A DNA stretch of 64,000 nucleotides from Methanomassiliicoccaceae archaeon. Lineage in GTDB: Archaea > Thermoplasmatota > Thermoplasmata > Methanomassiliicoccales > Methanomassiliicoccaceae. The position numbers were made by a program, and so were the translations under genes. Each line of letters opens with the position of its first letter. Within the stretch, counting starts at the first letter, position 1. The stretch spans positions 305,817 to 369,816 of the forward strand of contig CAVSJV010000007.1 of the NCBI GenBank assembly GCA_963728405.1. The letters run 5' to 3'. A model generated the notes under the pieces. That model was given only the letters and a program-made list of their open reading frames with translations. It was not told the origin of the DNA and did not search any database. Shown in pieces: positions 1 to 11,089 of this stretch.

Positions 1-434
1 GGGCCAGGGTCATCGAACTGGTCCACGCGGCCGAACTAATGGTTCAGCTGTCTCAGGACCCCGAGATCACCAGCAAGGACATCAAGAACCCCGTTGGCGA
101 GCCTGGCGAGGGTATCGGATGCCTCGAGGCGCCCCGTGGCGTGCTCATCCACCACTATGTGGCGGACAAGAACGGCATAACTACTGATGTCAACCTCGTG
201 GTCGGCACCACCAACAACAACGCCCCCATCAACCTGTCCGTCAGGCAGGCTGCCAAGGCATTGATCAAGAACTGGCAGGTGTCTCCCGGTATCCTGAACG
301 AGGTCGAGATGGCCTACCGGGCCTACGATCCATGCAATTCCTGCGCCACCCATACCCTGCCCGGCCAGATGCCCCTCAGGGCCGTGATCAGGAACCCCGA
401 TGGCTCGGTGTTCAAGGAGATCAAGAACTTCTAA
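1..434 (+). CDS. mvhA: [NiFe] hydrogenase large subunit, C-terminal part (MvhA-like, group 3); 5' end outside window
   Basis: Frame open from window start (ARVIELVHAAE); EAPRGVLIHHY and L2 motif RAYDPCNSCATH followed by a cleavable C-terminal extension. Confidence 0.85.
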   Translation, partial: ARVIELVHAAELMVQLSQDPEITSKDIKNPVGEPGEGIGCLEAPRGVLIHHYVADKNGITTDVNLVVGTTNNNAPINLSVRQAAKALIKNWQVSPGILNEVEMAYRAYDPCNSCATHTLPGQMPLRAVIRNPDGSVFKEIKNF

Positions 435-436
435 AC

Positions 437-482
437 CTTTTCCGACGAAACCCTTTCCCTTTCACATTTTTCATCATCTTCT
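437..482 (+). terminator. Pyrimidine/T-rich archaeal terminator after the hydrogenase gene
   Basis: ccttttcc...ctttcccttt cacattttt directly after the stop codon. Confidence 0.5.
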
Positions 483-524
483 TATGCGAAATCATCAACT
501 ATTTTGTAGGCGGTTCCTGGGCTC

Positions 525-1140
525 ATGGCCAAGATCGATCTGAAGATAGGAGCTGGGAGACCTTTATGGTGCCCATGGGGACCCAGCAATGATCACCGTA
601 CCGCCCATGAACTATCTCATGGTCGACGGGGAGGGCGATCCTGGGAACAGCATCCCTTATCAGCAGGCGATCGAGGTCCTATACGGCCTTTCGTTCACGG
701 TCAAGTTCATGCTCAAGAAAGAGGACGGGACCGATTATGGGGTCCTTCCCCTCGAGGGCCTTTGGTGGGCCGATGACATGGACAGCTTCGTGCTCGACGC
801 TCGGGACAAGTGGAAATGGACATCCATGATCATGCAGCCGGAAATGGTCACCTCTGAGCATATGGGTCAGGCCATGTTCGAACTGAAACGCAAGAAGGAC
901 CCTCCCGCCCTGCCCAAGGTGAGATTTGAGCGATATGATGAAGGCCTCAGTGCCCAGGTCATGCATGTTGGCCCGTATGCGGAGGAGCGGCCGACGATCG
1001 AGCGCTTGCACGCTTTCATCGAGGAACAGGGATGCGAGCGGAGCGGCAAGCACCATGAGATCTATCTTAGTGATCCGCGCAAGGCTAAACCGGAGAAGCT
1101 CAGGACGATCCTGCGGCAGCCGATCAAGAGACTTGATTAG
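525..1140 (+). CDS. GyrI-like small-molecule-binding domain protein (one extra base near 546 splits off the N-terminus)
   Basis: MAKIDLK..ELGDLY joins the 589 ORF; motifs DGEGDP, PLEGLWW, HVGPYAEE, HHEIYLSDPR. Confidence 0.8.
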
Positions 1141-1143
1141 TCT

Positions 1144-1968
1144 TCAGTATACGTAGCTCCGAGGTTTAGGAAGGGTGCGGACCCGGGCGCGGCTCTTTAT
1201 CATCAACGCCCCAACAGTGCCTAGGTAGATGCCGTCAGGAAGATACACCTGCCCTTTCCGGATGTCCACCATCTCCTCGCCGAAGAGCGGTCCCAGAAGT
1301 TTCCCCCGCTCGACATTGACGGGGGAACCGCCCAGGGTGCGATTGAACGCCGGGACCATGATGATCTCCTCGGGAAGCTCGACATAACGCTTGTGGGCCC
1401 GCTCGTTGATCTTTAACCTCACCCAACAAGGCTCCTTGCTCACATTCCCCAGGGAGTCCTCCAAGGCGATGGTCGGGTGGTTGTGACCGATGACCAACGT
1501 GCGGCAGGCCATCACATCCGGGGACGGCCAAGTATGGCCATGGGCATAGCCTACGTCCCCGATGCGGAAACCGGTGGAAGGATGGACATTCACGCCTTCT
1601 GGCAGGAAGTCCTCTATGTTGGTGTCATGGTTCCCCCGGACAATATCCACTTCTGAATAATGGCGTTTCATTGCCTGGAAGAATCGGGGGATCTCGGCAT
1701 ACTCCTGTTGAGTGGAACCGGGCACCTTGTTCTTGATATCGCCCAAAAGGATCAGACGCTGGCGGCCAGCGCTCAGGGAAACGAGCTCTCGCTCCATGCG
1801 ATGGGTCTGCGACGGTACATGCACTCCTTTCGAGCGCATCTCCGACTCGATGCCGACGTGCAGGTCTCCCACACATACCGCGATATCGGGGCCCCTGATC
1901 TCGAGGGCCAGATGATCGGGTATCGGACTAACGCTATCGGACATTCCTTCCTCTACTAAGCGAGACAT
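1144..1968 (-). CDS. Calcineurin-like metallophosphoesterase (archaeal ICC-like)
   Basis: GDLHVG, LGD, RGNHD, HGH, GHNHP, PAFN motifs. Confidence 0.85.
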   Translation of the reverse strand: MSRLVEEGMSDSVSPIPDHLALEIRGPDIAVCVGDLHVGIESEMRSKGVHVPSQTHRMERELVSLSAGRQRLILLGDIKNKVPGSTQQEYAEIPRFFQAMKRHYSEVDIVRGNHDTNIEDFLPEGVNVHPSTGFRIGDVGYAHGHTWPSPDVMACRTLVIGHNHPTIALEDSLGNVSKEPCWVRLKINERAHKRYVELPEEIIMVPAFNRTLGGSPVNVERGKLLGPLFGEEMVDIRKGQVYLPDGIYLGTVGALMIKSRARVRTLPKPRSYVY

Positions 1969-1983
1969 GGGAAATACTTATCG

Positions 1984-2664
1984 CTAATGGCCAAGGGACA
2001 GGCGATCGGCGAGCATGCTCGGCAGTCCCGCCGCCCTCGTTCTGGACGCCACCTCCTCGATATCGTAGGCCACTCGACGGTTGGTGGTCTTCCTGGTCGC
2101 AGTATCGAAGATGGCGTAGCTGGCCTCCGGATCCCCATCTCTGGGCTGTCCGACCGAACCGGGGTTCACGATGGTGCCGGACGGATAGCGCTTGATGAAT
2201 GGGACGTGGGTGTGGCCCAGTACTAGCAGATCGCTCCTAGACATGCTTAGCAGGCCCTCCCGGCACTCATCTTCGTACAGGTAGTGATCGTCATCGAACG
2301 GCATCCCATGGTAGACGGCGATGCGAACCCCTCCGATCCTTAGGGCTAGGTGGCGCGGCAGCTCCCGCAAGTAAGCGAGGGACGCCGGGCTCAGCCGAGA
2401 GGCGGTCCAGGCGACAGCACTACTGGCCGCGGGGTTGAAGGACGACACATCGGCAGTAGTGACGGCCCGGTCATGGTTGCCTTGGATGGAGGTCACTCCC
2501 TTCTCGTGGAAAACGGCCACCGTCTCGTTCGGATATGGATAGTAGCCGACCACGTCACCCGCCGAGATGATGCGTTCGATACCTCGCCCACTCATATCCT
2601 CCAGCACCGCCGTTAATGCGATGAGATTGGCATGAACGTCGGAGATGAGGGCGAGCATCATCAC
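1984..2664 (-). CDS. YfcE/MJ0936-like metallophosphoesterase
   Basis: SDVHAN, GDVVGY, GNHD, GHTH, NPGSVGQPRDG motifs. Confidence 0.9.
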   Translation of the reverse strand: MMMLALISDVHANLIALTAVLEDMSGRGIERIISAGDVVGYYPYPNETVAVFHEKGVTSIQGNHDRAVTTADVSSFNPAASSAVAWTASRLSPASLAYLRELPRHLALRIGGVRIAVYHGMPFDDDHYLYEDECREGLLSMSRSDLLVLGHTHVPFIKRYPSGTIVNPGSVGQPRDGDPEASYAIFDTATRKTTNRRVAYDIEEVASRTRAAGLPSMLADRLSLGH

Positions 2665-2700
2665 CGACCGATTGCCTGGGTCAGTATAAAATTTTGGCCC

Positions 2701-4135
2701 TTACCGAACCTTCTTGAGGTTCCGTCTCAGGACCTCGGGAATATTATCGATGACGTCGGTGGCCATGAGGCTATAGCCTATCTTCTCGAACGCCAAGTCC
2801 CCGGCCGCCCCGTTGGTGAATGCGGAGATCCGCGCCGCGTTGTACGGGGAAACGTTCTTGGCCAGCAAGGCCGCTACTTCACCGGCCAGCACGTCACCGG
2901 TGCCGCCTACGCTCATGCCTGCGTTTCCGGTCTTATTCAACTTGGTCCAATGACCATCCGATATGACATCGATCTTCCCTTTTACCAGGAGGACCACTCC
3001 CAGGTTTTTGGCCGATTCGGTGACCATTGGGATTCCGGCTTCGTAGTCCTTGGGCAGCCTCTGGCCGGTAAGGACCTCATACTCCTTGGCATGGGGCGTT
3101 ATCACGCATTTCTTGTCTTTCAGCACCGTGATGTCCTTGGAGACGGCGGTGATGCCGTCGGCGTCGATCACCAGGGGCACCTCGCACGCCTTCACTATGG
3201 CCCGGACGGCGGCCTGGGTCTCCTCATCGGTACCGAGGCCGGGGCCGATGAGCATGGCGTCGGCCTGTTCCAGGAGCTTGGAGGTCGCGGGGACGTCCTT
3301 GAGATTCAATACATCATCGGAGAGCCGGTGGACGATAAGGTTCGGTGAATAGGAGGCGATGGGCGCGTAGGACAACCACGGCGTGGCGATCCTCACGAGA
3401 TCTACCCCCATACGGTAGGCGGCCAGGCCAGCCAAAGCAGGAGCCCCGGTGAATGGTCCACCTCCTACGATCAGCAGCCTTCCATTCTCACCTTTGTGAG
3501 TGTCCGTGCCCCTGATGGGGTAATATATGAACTCTCCAGGACCGACGAAGCGCTTTGCATCGGCCGGTACCCCGATGTCCTGTACCACGATCTTGCCGGA
3601 GTTGGCAGGGGTCATCCCTTCCTTCATTGAGCTGAACGTGACCGTAACGTTGGGTCTTGACTTGCACGTCGGTGCCCAATCCGGAGGGGACATCGATGGA
3701 GATGATGAAGGTGCCAGAATCGTTGATGCGATTGATCAGGGTGCGGTAGGGCTCCCGGACATCGGAGAAGGTGCCTGTCCCGAGCAGAGCGTCCACCACG
3801 ACATCGAATTTTGAAAAGTTCACGCCTACCGAGGAAGAGGATATGTGCTTCACTTTCTCGAACGCCCTCTTCGCTGCATCGGTGTGAATCTCTGCCGGAG
3901 GATTGGCCAGGAGGACCGTGACATCGTTGTGTCTCATCAGGTTTCTTGCGGCCACGAAGCCGTCGCCCGCGTTATTGCCCACGCCGCAGACCAGGGCGAT
4001 CCGTTTACCGGTTCCGACCTCGCTCATGATCGTCTCGGCCGTTGCCTCGCCGGCGTTCTCCATCAGCGCGTCTATGGGAACTCCCAGGTGCTCGGAGTTG
4101 ATGTCGAGCACCCGCACCTCCAGAAAGGGGAGCAT
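2701..4135 (-). CDS. nnr: Bifunctional NAD(P)HX epimerase/dehydratase; one frameshift near 3657
   Basis: YjeF_N part (LMENAG, CGVGNNAGDG, DALLGTG, DVPSG) continues in another frame into the dehydratase (HKGENG, IGPGLG, DADG, TPH, GGTGDVLAG). Confidence 0.9.
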
Positions 4136-4334
4136 AACTCGGAGTATAATGCACCGGGAGTTAAAATTTTGGCATAGAAGTGGCCGAACATGGTTGAGGT
4201 ACGCAGAGGTGACGCTCACACATGAGGGGTAAGCGATAACTCCCCCTATGCCTTTCATGTCTTCGATTCATCGGAATGGGGCTAGCATTTTATACTGGAA
4301 TATCATTCGAAACCCACGGATAAGTGAAGAGTAA

Positions 4335-4625
4335 TTGAGCGACCTCAAGAGAATTGTTTTAGACGTACTGAAACCCCATCACCCCTCGATCGTTGAGCTC
4401 TCCCAGCGCCTCAGTGTGCTGGATGGGGTATCGGGAGTAAACATCACCATCATAGAGGTGGACCAGGATACCGAGACGGTTAAGATCACCGTCGAGGGCA
4501 ACTCGATCATATATGATGATCTGGAAAATGCCATCATCGAGGCTGGCGCAGTCGTGCACTCCGTGGACAGCGTGTCCACTGGCAAGAGGCTGGTCGAAGA
4601 AGTGGAGACCTCTCAGGATCGCTGA
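4335..4625 (+). CDS. DUF211-family protein
   Basis: RIVLDVLKPH...GAVVHSVD archaeal signature. Confidence 0.8.
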   Translation: MSDLKRIVLDVLKPHHPSIVELSQRLSVLDGVSGVNITIIEVDQDTETVKITVEGNSIIYDDLENAIIEAGAVVHSVDSVSTGKRLVEEVETSQDR

Positions 4626-4973
4626 GCGTTCAGGGTCTTGGAGGCATGGCCTCATCTTTCTTCCCAAGGTGCCATGAAGTGATGTGCTCTCCATGGTCCG
4701 ATCTTTATATTTTAGAGTAGGTGGAGGGCATGGGGGGAAGGGAGGATTGAACAATTACCATCGCGATGTGCCCATCACTTCTTGATCGTAGGTTCCTAAT
4801 GCCGCCCCTGGCCTACCTAAGAGCATGGTATTGAAAGAAGGCCGCTTCCACCCCGCCGCATTAACATGTTCAGCTCGATGTCGCTGGTGAATAATGCCTG
4901 ATCCAGATATCGGCGCGATTGGTGCCTTCTGAACCAATGGGGTCCTGGTGGCCGAACGTCGATCGAATGGCCA

Positions 4974-5273
4974 CTACTGCTGGGTCCGCGGAACGGTCTT
5001 CAGCTTCTCGGCGACCTTCGGCAGCAATTGGGACTTGGCCATAGTGTTCTCGACGAGCAACAGCCCCTGCTTGCTCCACCACGCCGAAGGATAGCTCTTG
5101 CCCTCCTCGATCTTCCACTGGAGGCCAAGCTTGTCCACTGCTTTGGTCAGCATCGCCATTTGAGGTTCGGGGATGGCCATGCTCTTCTTCACTCTACGGC
5201 CTTGCGCCCTAGTACGAGCGATATCAAAATACTCCGGCCACAGCACCCATGCCTTGTCCGCGTCGAAGGCCAT
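4974..5273 (-). CDS. srp19: Signal recognition particle protein SRP19
   Basis: VLWPEYFD..TRAQGRRV, KSYPSAWW; downstream of rps8e. Confidence 0.9.
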   Translation of the reverse strand: MAFDADKAWVLWPEYFDIARTRAQGRRVKKSMAIPEPQMAMLTKAVDKLGLQWKIEEGKSYPSAWWSKQGLLLVENTMAKSQLLPKVAEKLKTVPRTQQ

Positions 5274-5311
5274 GGTCGGTCAATCCTGATCAAGGTATAA
5301 AGGGTTTGGTC

Positions 5312-5695
5312 TCACTCGGAGACGAGGACGGCGTTGATGGTCCCGTCCTGGCCTGGCCTCGAAGTGATCCGTGCCATCCCGAGCTCGGTCTGGATGGTAG
5401 CCCCGCGGTTCATGATGTTACGCTGAACATAGTTGGGGTTGGCCGGGTTGACCTTGACGGTGACGATCCTGACCCTCTTGATGTTGTTGGTCTTAGGGTC
5501 CACAACGTTGGCGTAGGCAGCGCTGAGCATCCTGACCTTAGAGTTGCCACCCATGGTACGATATTTTCTTAGGCTCTCCTCGCCCAGGTTGGTGAACATT
5601 GGTTCGCGCCCGATCTCGAAGCGCCGCTTCTTTCTGCTCTGGACCAGGCGGCCACCACTGGGCTTCCGCTTTGACTTGCCCTGCCATAATGCCAT
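5312..5695 (-). CDS. rps8e: 30S ribosomal protein S8e
   Basis: WQGKSKRKPSGG, NPAN.NYVQRNI, ITSRPGQDG. Confidence 0.97.
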   Translation of the reverse strand: MALWQGKSKRKPSGGRLVQSRKKRRFEIGREPMFTNLGEESLRKYRTMGGNSKVRMLSAAYANVVDPKTNNIKRVRIVTVKVNPANPNYVQRNIMNRGATIQTELGMARITSRPGQDGTINAVLVSE

Positions 5696-5752
5696 ACTAA
5701 TCCTCCTCCACTAAAATAAAGGAGATATAAAAGCTTTTGTTCTAACGCCAGG

Positions 5753-5966
5753 TCTGGTTGCTCGGTCAGGAGGCAGCTTTGTTAGACCGGGCTGCTAGAG
5801 CCAAGGGGATGAGATCATGAAGTGCCGTCCTTTGAGCTGCACGAACGATGTGGCCTTTGGCTATGCCTTCTGTTCTGACGGTAGGCCCCATCAAGGCAAT
5901 AAATGAAGTGGAAGGAGAGCCCGGGCCAGGGATGCGGGCGCGCCCTCCAACACGATCAAGCACAGA
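5753..5966 (+). ncRNA. Candidate multi-hairpin structured RNA, divergent from rps8e
   Basis: Closing stem plus four tandem hairpins, TATA-like gatataaaag upstream; no credible ORF (see findings). Confidence 0.3.
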
Positions 5967-6131
5967 GAGCTAAACGTCACATTTGTAACATTCAACGGGG
6001 TGGGGTTGAATCGCGATGGCCGAGAGCATCGACTCCGAACCGTTCCATATCAATCCAATGTGATCTCCGATTTTTTAATCCTTCGCCCAATAATATTATC
6101 AAAGGGACATTAGCCGAGGAGAGGCGAGTCA

Positions 6132-6368
6132 ATGTCCGAAGGCGGTCTGCTATTTCCGGTCATTTCCATCACCTCTGCGATAGTGTGCCTCTCCCTGGGC
6201 ATCTACGTCCTGATCAAGAACCCCTATCTGAAGAGTTCCAAGCTGTTCATCATCCTTGCGACCATAGCGACATTGACCAGTTTGGCCATCTTTCTCATGA
6301 TCATCGCTCCCGACTCCTTGGCCCTATCTAGGCGCCAGATGGCCTATGGCTGTTCAATTTTTACATAA
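6132..6368 (+). pseudogene. Truncated N-terminal 7TM sensor domain of histidine-kinase type
   Basis: Two TM helices with LGIYVL.KNP pattern; hydrophobic pattern stops abruptly near 6325. Confidence 0.5.
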
Positions 6369-6564
6369 TGGGAGACGGCCTTCCAATCTAGGTTGCAAGG
6401 AACAGCAATGGCCCATGGGATGCGGGGGTCGTCCTTTCGGCTCCCCTGACCCGTCTGACTACATTTATGCCCGGCCTAGGGTATCCGGCGGGGTGAGGAG
6501 AGTTGGAGAATGAGCTACTAGAGTGCACCTAGGCTGGACCCTAGAGTCACCCCGCCCAAAACCT

Positions 6565-8082
6565 ATGGGGACATTTATCCGAGCCGAGAAAACGGAGGGC
6601 AATGAAGCGGAACAGGTGGAGCAGCCGCCGTTGAAGCAGGAGCGATCGCATAGAGCCGCGACCCGAGGAAGCCCCGCACTACCACGTCCTTACGCCTCCG
6701 AGTGAGCGACGAGTTGACGTACGGACCACATTCGAGGAGCAAGAGACCATTGCTCGCGGGATCTCAGCCGGGCTTGCGTGATCTGCGGGCATTCTCCTTA
6801 CAATCATAATCCTCATGCCCGCCCTTGGTCTATCGAACGGCCCTGGGCTGGCAACGTCTTGGTTCGGCAATAGCAGCTCGAGTGAGAACGAAATCGTCGT
6901 CGATGTCGTGGACCTCTTGCTACCCGAAAGCGGCTATGAGGTCCAGGGGCAGAGCGTGGCCCGTACAACTGGGCCCCGGCATTAAAGGCGCTGAGAACCG
7001 CATTCATTGATTATCGCCAGCGGTTGAGAGCTTGCCTCTAAACATCACCACTGCAGACCACCAATATACGGCATCCCAACTTACTGATGGTAGGACATAC
7101 TCTTGGAGCGTCAGAGCAGTCATCGAGGGGCATTACGGCCCCTCCAGTGAGATTCGTTCATTCATAGTCAGGACCAGCCTCACCAACCGGAGATAATCTC
7201 TCCCGAGGAAAGGCAGTATCTTTGTCAATCAGACCCCGTGTCTGCAGTGGGGGTCGGTGAGCGGTGTAGACGATTACCGTGTGCAAGTCTCCGAGGGACC
7301 TTAATTTTACAAGGCTACTGGTCGACCTCACCATGTCATCGACGAGCTATCAACCGAATGTGATGATGCAAGAGAACACCACCTATCATTGGCGCGTGAT
7401 GGCACACCATGGGGATATCTGGAGCGAGTGGAGCGAGATACGATCGTTCTTCGAGGCGCCTTCAGTATTCCATTTCAGCCATTCCTGGACCTTCTTGAAT
7501 GATGGGTCCGATTGGATCGTCGATCTCAGTATCCCGGCCGAGGACTACTACGCCGCAAGAGCAGAGACCAGAGGCTGGGTTTTCAACTATCAGGTATATG
7601 CCAAGTACGTTGCCCCGTTCCGACCGATGAAGTGGTAAAGGAGCTGTCAGCCGCCCTCAAGACTATGGCCGTGAGCAAGGGCTATAGCCAGTACGAGACC
7701 GCGAACTTTGTTCTTTCCTTTGTCCAATCTATACGGTATTCTTTGGACAGTGATAGCGCCGGCCTTGATGATTATCCGAGGTATCCGGTCGAGACCCTGG
7801 TCGACTCAACAGGGGACTGTGAAGACAAAGCTGCCCTCTATGCTTCGATAATCGAATCCCCGTCGTTCGGCATGGATGCCATCCTCGTAGGCTTGACCGA
7901 TGGAGAGAAGGGGCACATGGCCTGTGGGCTTGTATGCCTCGCCCATTTGTCCCAGGCATGTTCTACTGGGCATGCATGTATCGCGGTAAGTCATACTACT
8001 ACTGTGAAACAACTGGACAATTTCCTATGATTGGGCTGCCTTATGAGTGCTCGTCCTGGAGCTATACAATAATACCTTGTTG
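6565..8082 (+). pseudogene. Fragmented membrane-anchored protein with FN3-like repeats and a transglutaminase-like domain
   Basis: YSWSVRA and YHWRVMA FN3-like strands; FVQSIRY..D, YPVETL...GDCEDKA, H..CG; many frameshifts; start approximate. Confidence 0.6.
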
Positions 8083-8912
8083 AACCACTTTCGGACCGGC
8101 CGCGGTAATGCTATTCTGGTGGAATGAAGCACCGGAGAAGCCACCACTGGGGACGCAAAGATAGCATGCTACACTCTGCCCTTATAAATGAAAACCTCAC
8201 CTACCCCGGAGGGGGGTTGGATATGGTCGAGTTTACGATCACGAGTATGTCAGGGGAAACGGTCGGTATAATTGATGTGACCAACAAGGGATTCTCATAC
8301 AGTATGGACGATAGCCTTGACGAGTTTCTTGGGCGCAGCTGAGGATTTGACGGAGCGCATATCGTCAGGACGCTTCGCAATGGGCGGCAATGGGTGGAGT
8401 TCAGCCCAGCGTTTATGACTACGTGATACATGTGGAGGTTCTGCTGAACCGGCACCTGGAGAGGAACGGATACAAGTTGAGCGAGAAGATGGGACCAGTA
8501 CTTTCGGCCCGCCCGCGTTAGTATTATCTCCATTCATGTCTCGGTGAAAACGCGGCGGCCAGTGTCTTATTCCTTCAAGCTCGATTTTCCGATCGAAACG
8601 CGGGACTCACTTTCACTGACCTCCCCCGGTAACGAACTGTCTATCAGGAGCATCTCTACCGTTCGGGGAGACCGTGAAATACTACTGGAATTGGAGGTCC
8701 AGGGGATCCTGGGAATGAAGTATGAGCGGCAGGCCGCCATGGTCCGACCGGAACTCCGGAGGGCCTGCACACCATTGATCGAGCGAACGGACTTCATCAT
8801 CGACTTCCGGGAATCTGGATATGAGACATTTGCCATCGAGCTCTGTAAGACCAGAATGCCGGAGTGCCGTGACTTTGACGGAGAATGCCAAAGCAAGAAT
8901 TGAGGCAGATCA

Positions 8913-9092
8913 ATGCTCGACCGATTGAGGGCGAGGGTGGAGAAGCTTCGCACGAAGGGTCTGGAGCCGATCGACGCTCTGATAGTGGCCAGCGTCGAGG
9001 TCGGCGACTGAGTCGAGCAGACCGCTAAACGATTGGGCATCACCAGGCAGGCGGTGCACGCCGCTCTCCGTCGTCGTCGAGATATTCTCTAA
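8913..9092 (+). pseudogene. Small HTH DNA-binding protein with in-frame TGA at 9009
   Basis: MLDRLRARVEKLRTKG...GD*VEQTAKRLGITRQAVHAALRR. Confidence 0.55.
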
Positions 9093-9386
9093 AGTAGTGT
9101 GATAGCATGGAATACGCATTATCCACTGGATCGTGATCGGCCCCTGAGTACCACGATTGCCAAGTTCCTGCTGCCCCTGGGTTCGAACGAGCCAAAGGAG
9201 ATGGCCGAGAAGCCCCAGCGGGACGGCTTCCGCCATATCGGGTCAGATATGAGTTTAAATAATCTTGTTAAAGAAATATGGCCATTTGGTCAGACAAGAT
9301 AGATAATGTGACCGTGTATGGGACGGATCTCAACGGTGCAGTTACGATAACGATGGGTGGGGCGAGCATCCTTCTTTTCTCACTTC

Positions 9387-10034
9387 TCAATCTTGTTCTA
9401 CCCTATCCAGTAGCTTTGCCTTTGCATATGTGCCGATCTCGATCAGCGCGGCGAAACCATCCTTGGCCGCTCCGGGGTTCAGGAACAGCGTGCCGTCCTT
9501 CTCCACCAGTCCCCTGGCCTCGTGGATGTGGCCGGAGAGGACCGCCTTGGGGGAAAACTCCCTTACCAGCTCCAGTATGGAATCGCTACCGACATGCAAG
9601 CCGGTGCTGATGGTGTCGTTGATCCCCCTGGCCGGTGCGTGGAGCACCAGGATCGCGCTCGGCTCCATCAGTGGGCGGAGGGCGGCCATGATATCGTCCT
9701 CTTCCATCTCGTACGGCGTCTCGAAGATGGTGGGATTCGATCCTCCCAGGCCGATGAAGGTGTTCTTGTCGATGACGACCTTCCGCTTATGCAAAAGGGT
9801 CCCGTGCTGTTCGATCTCGCGGCACACCAGCTCGGGCGGGTCGCAGTTGCCAGGGATGGCATAGATCGGACGAACAAGCTTGGGAAGGAACTCACCGGCC
9901 CAGCTGGCCGGACCGAAATGCGTGATGTCTCCGAGGATAATGATCGCCTCGGCGTCGTTCTCCACAGCCAGCCGGTTGGCCCAGGCGGCCACCTTGTCCC
10001 GCCCGTGGATGTCTGATAAAACCAGGAATCTCAT
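9387..10034 (-). CDS. Icc-related metallophosphoesterase
   Basis: SDIHG, GDIT, PGNCD, HAP, GHIHE, NPG. Confidence 0.9.
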   Translation of the reverse strand: MRFLVLSDIHGRDKVAAWANRLAVENDAEAIIILGDITHFGPASWAGEFLPKLVRPIYAIPGNCDPPELVCREIEQHGTLLHKRKVVIDKNTFIGLGGSNPTIFETPYEMEEDDIMAALRPLMEPSAILVLHAPARGINDTISTGLHVGSDSILELVREFSPKAVLSGHIHEARGLVEKDGTLFLNPGAAKDGFAALIEIGTYAKAKLLDRVEQD

Positions 10035-10076
10035 GCCGATCGTTCCAACATATTCGCGTTCATTGATTATGCTTTC

Positions 10077-11000
10077 TCACAGTCCCAACATGCCGAGGCC
10101 GATGCTCTGGTATGCTAGCGCATAGGCGAACAGGTAGCCCAGGATGGCACCGGTGTTCAGGAAGGGCAGCCCGGCCTGAGGTTTTCCCCGCATCACGAAC
10201 CGCACCAGCAGGAGATAGCCGGCTAGGCCACCGACCAACGCCCCCAGTGCCGCCCACAGGTTGGCGGTTAGCAGGAACGATGGGGTGCTCGGCAGGAAGA
10301 TCGATGCCGATACTACCAGCAGGCCAGGGATGACCGTGTCCCCTAGACCCATGAAGAACGCTTCCCGTTCCTCGTTCTCCTTGGGAAGGATGCTGCCTCT
10401 CTTCTCGAGCCGGTCCATTGAGAACCCCTTCTCCCGGGGAATGACGAACAGCACTGGCAGGCGCAACGGGGCGACCCCCTCGGCCAGGGCGATCATGTGC
10501 TTGGTCTTGTAAACCGAGATGGCGTCGTAAATGGCCATGATGATGAGCAGGATAATGACGGGGAGGATGCCCAGGGACATGCCCAGGATGGTCGTCACTC
10601 CAACTGCGATGATGAGGCCGATGCCGTCGATGACGTACCATTCTCCGCTCTTGGCCAGGAGGATAATGAGCCCGGCGGCGAGTCCCAGGGAGGCGAGCAG
10701 GGCGATGTATCCCTCCGGGTCGACCAGCAGGAATATGGGCAGGAATACGTACAGCATGGTGATGAAGATACTGGCGAAAAAGATGGCCTGGATGATGCGC
10801 TTACGGCCATACTTGATGAGGATGAGCATGATGGCGGTCATGACCAGCACCAGGAAGATGTAAATGAACGGGTTCACCGGGTCATTGGGATCGGGGAACG
10901 CCTGGAACTGGGGCAGGAACAGCGGGGCCAGCAATATGGCGCCCACCTGGACGAACACGTAAATCGAGGCCATGGCTAAAAGCGGAAGGCGCTTGCGCAT
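10077..11000 (-). CDS. Presenilin/SPP-family intramembrane aspartyl protease
   Basis: YDAISVYKTKHM, MGLGD, PQAGLPFLN; multiple TM helices. Confidence 0.92.
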   Translation of the reverse strand: MRKRLPLLAMASIYVFVQVGAILLAPLFLPQFQAFPDPNDPVNPFIYIFLVLVMTAIMLILIKYGRKRIIQAIFFASIFITMLYVFLPIFLLVDPEGYIALLASLGLAAGLIILLAKSGEWYVIDGIGLIIAVGVTTILGMSLGILPVIILLIIMAIYDAISVYKTKHMIALAEGVAPLRLPVLFVIPREKGFSMDRLEKRGSILPKENEEREAFFMGLGDTVIPGLLVVSASIFLPSTPSFLLTANLWAALGALVGGLAGYLLLVRFVMRGKPQAGLPFLNTGAILGYLFAYALAYQSIGLGMLGL

Positions 11001-11089
11001 CGCGAGAACAATGTAATAATTGGTTAATAACCGTATCTTAGATGCATAAGGGACAATTGTTATCTAGTGGTCCGGCCTAGAAAAAGAAC

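Noticed and set aside
9009-9011. Selenocysteine readthrough in the small HTH gene
   Set aside because: The position is not Cys-like (Ser fits better), no SECIS is evident, and the region is decayed
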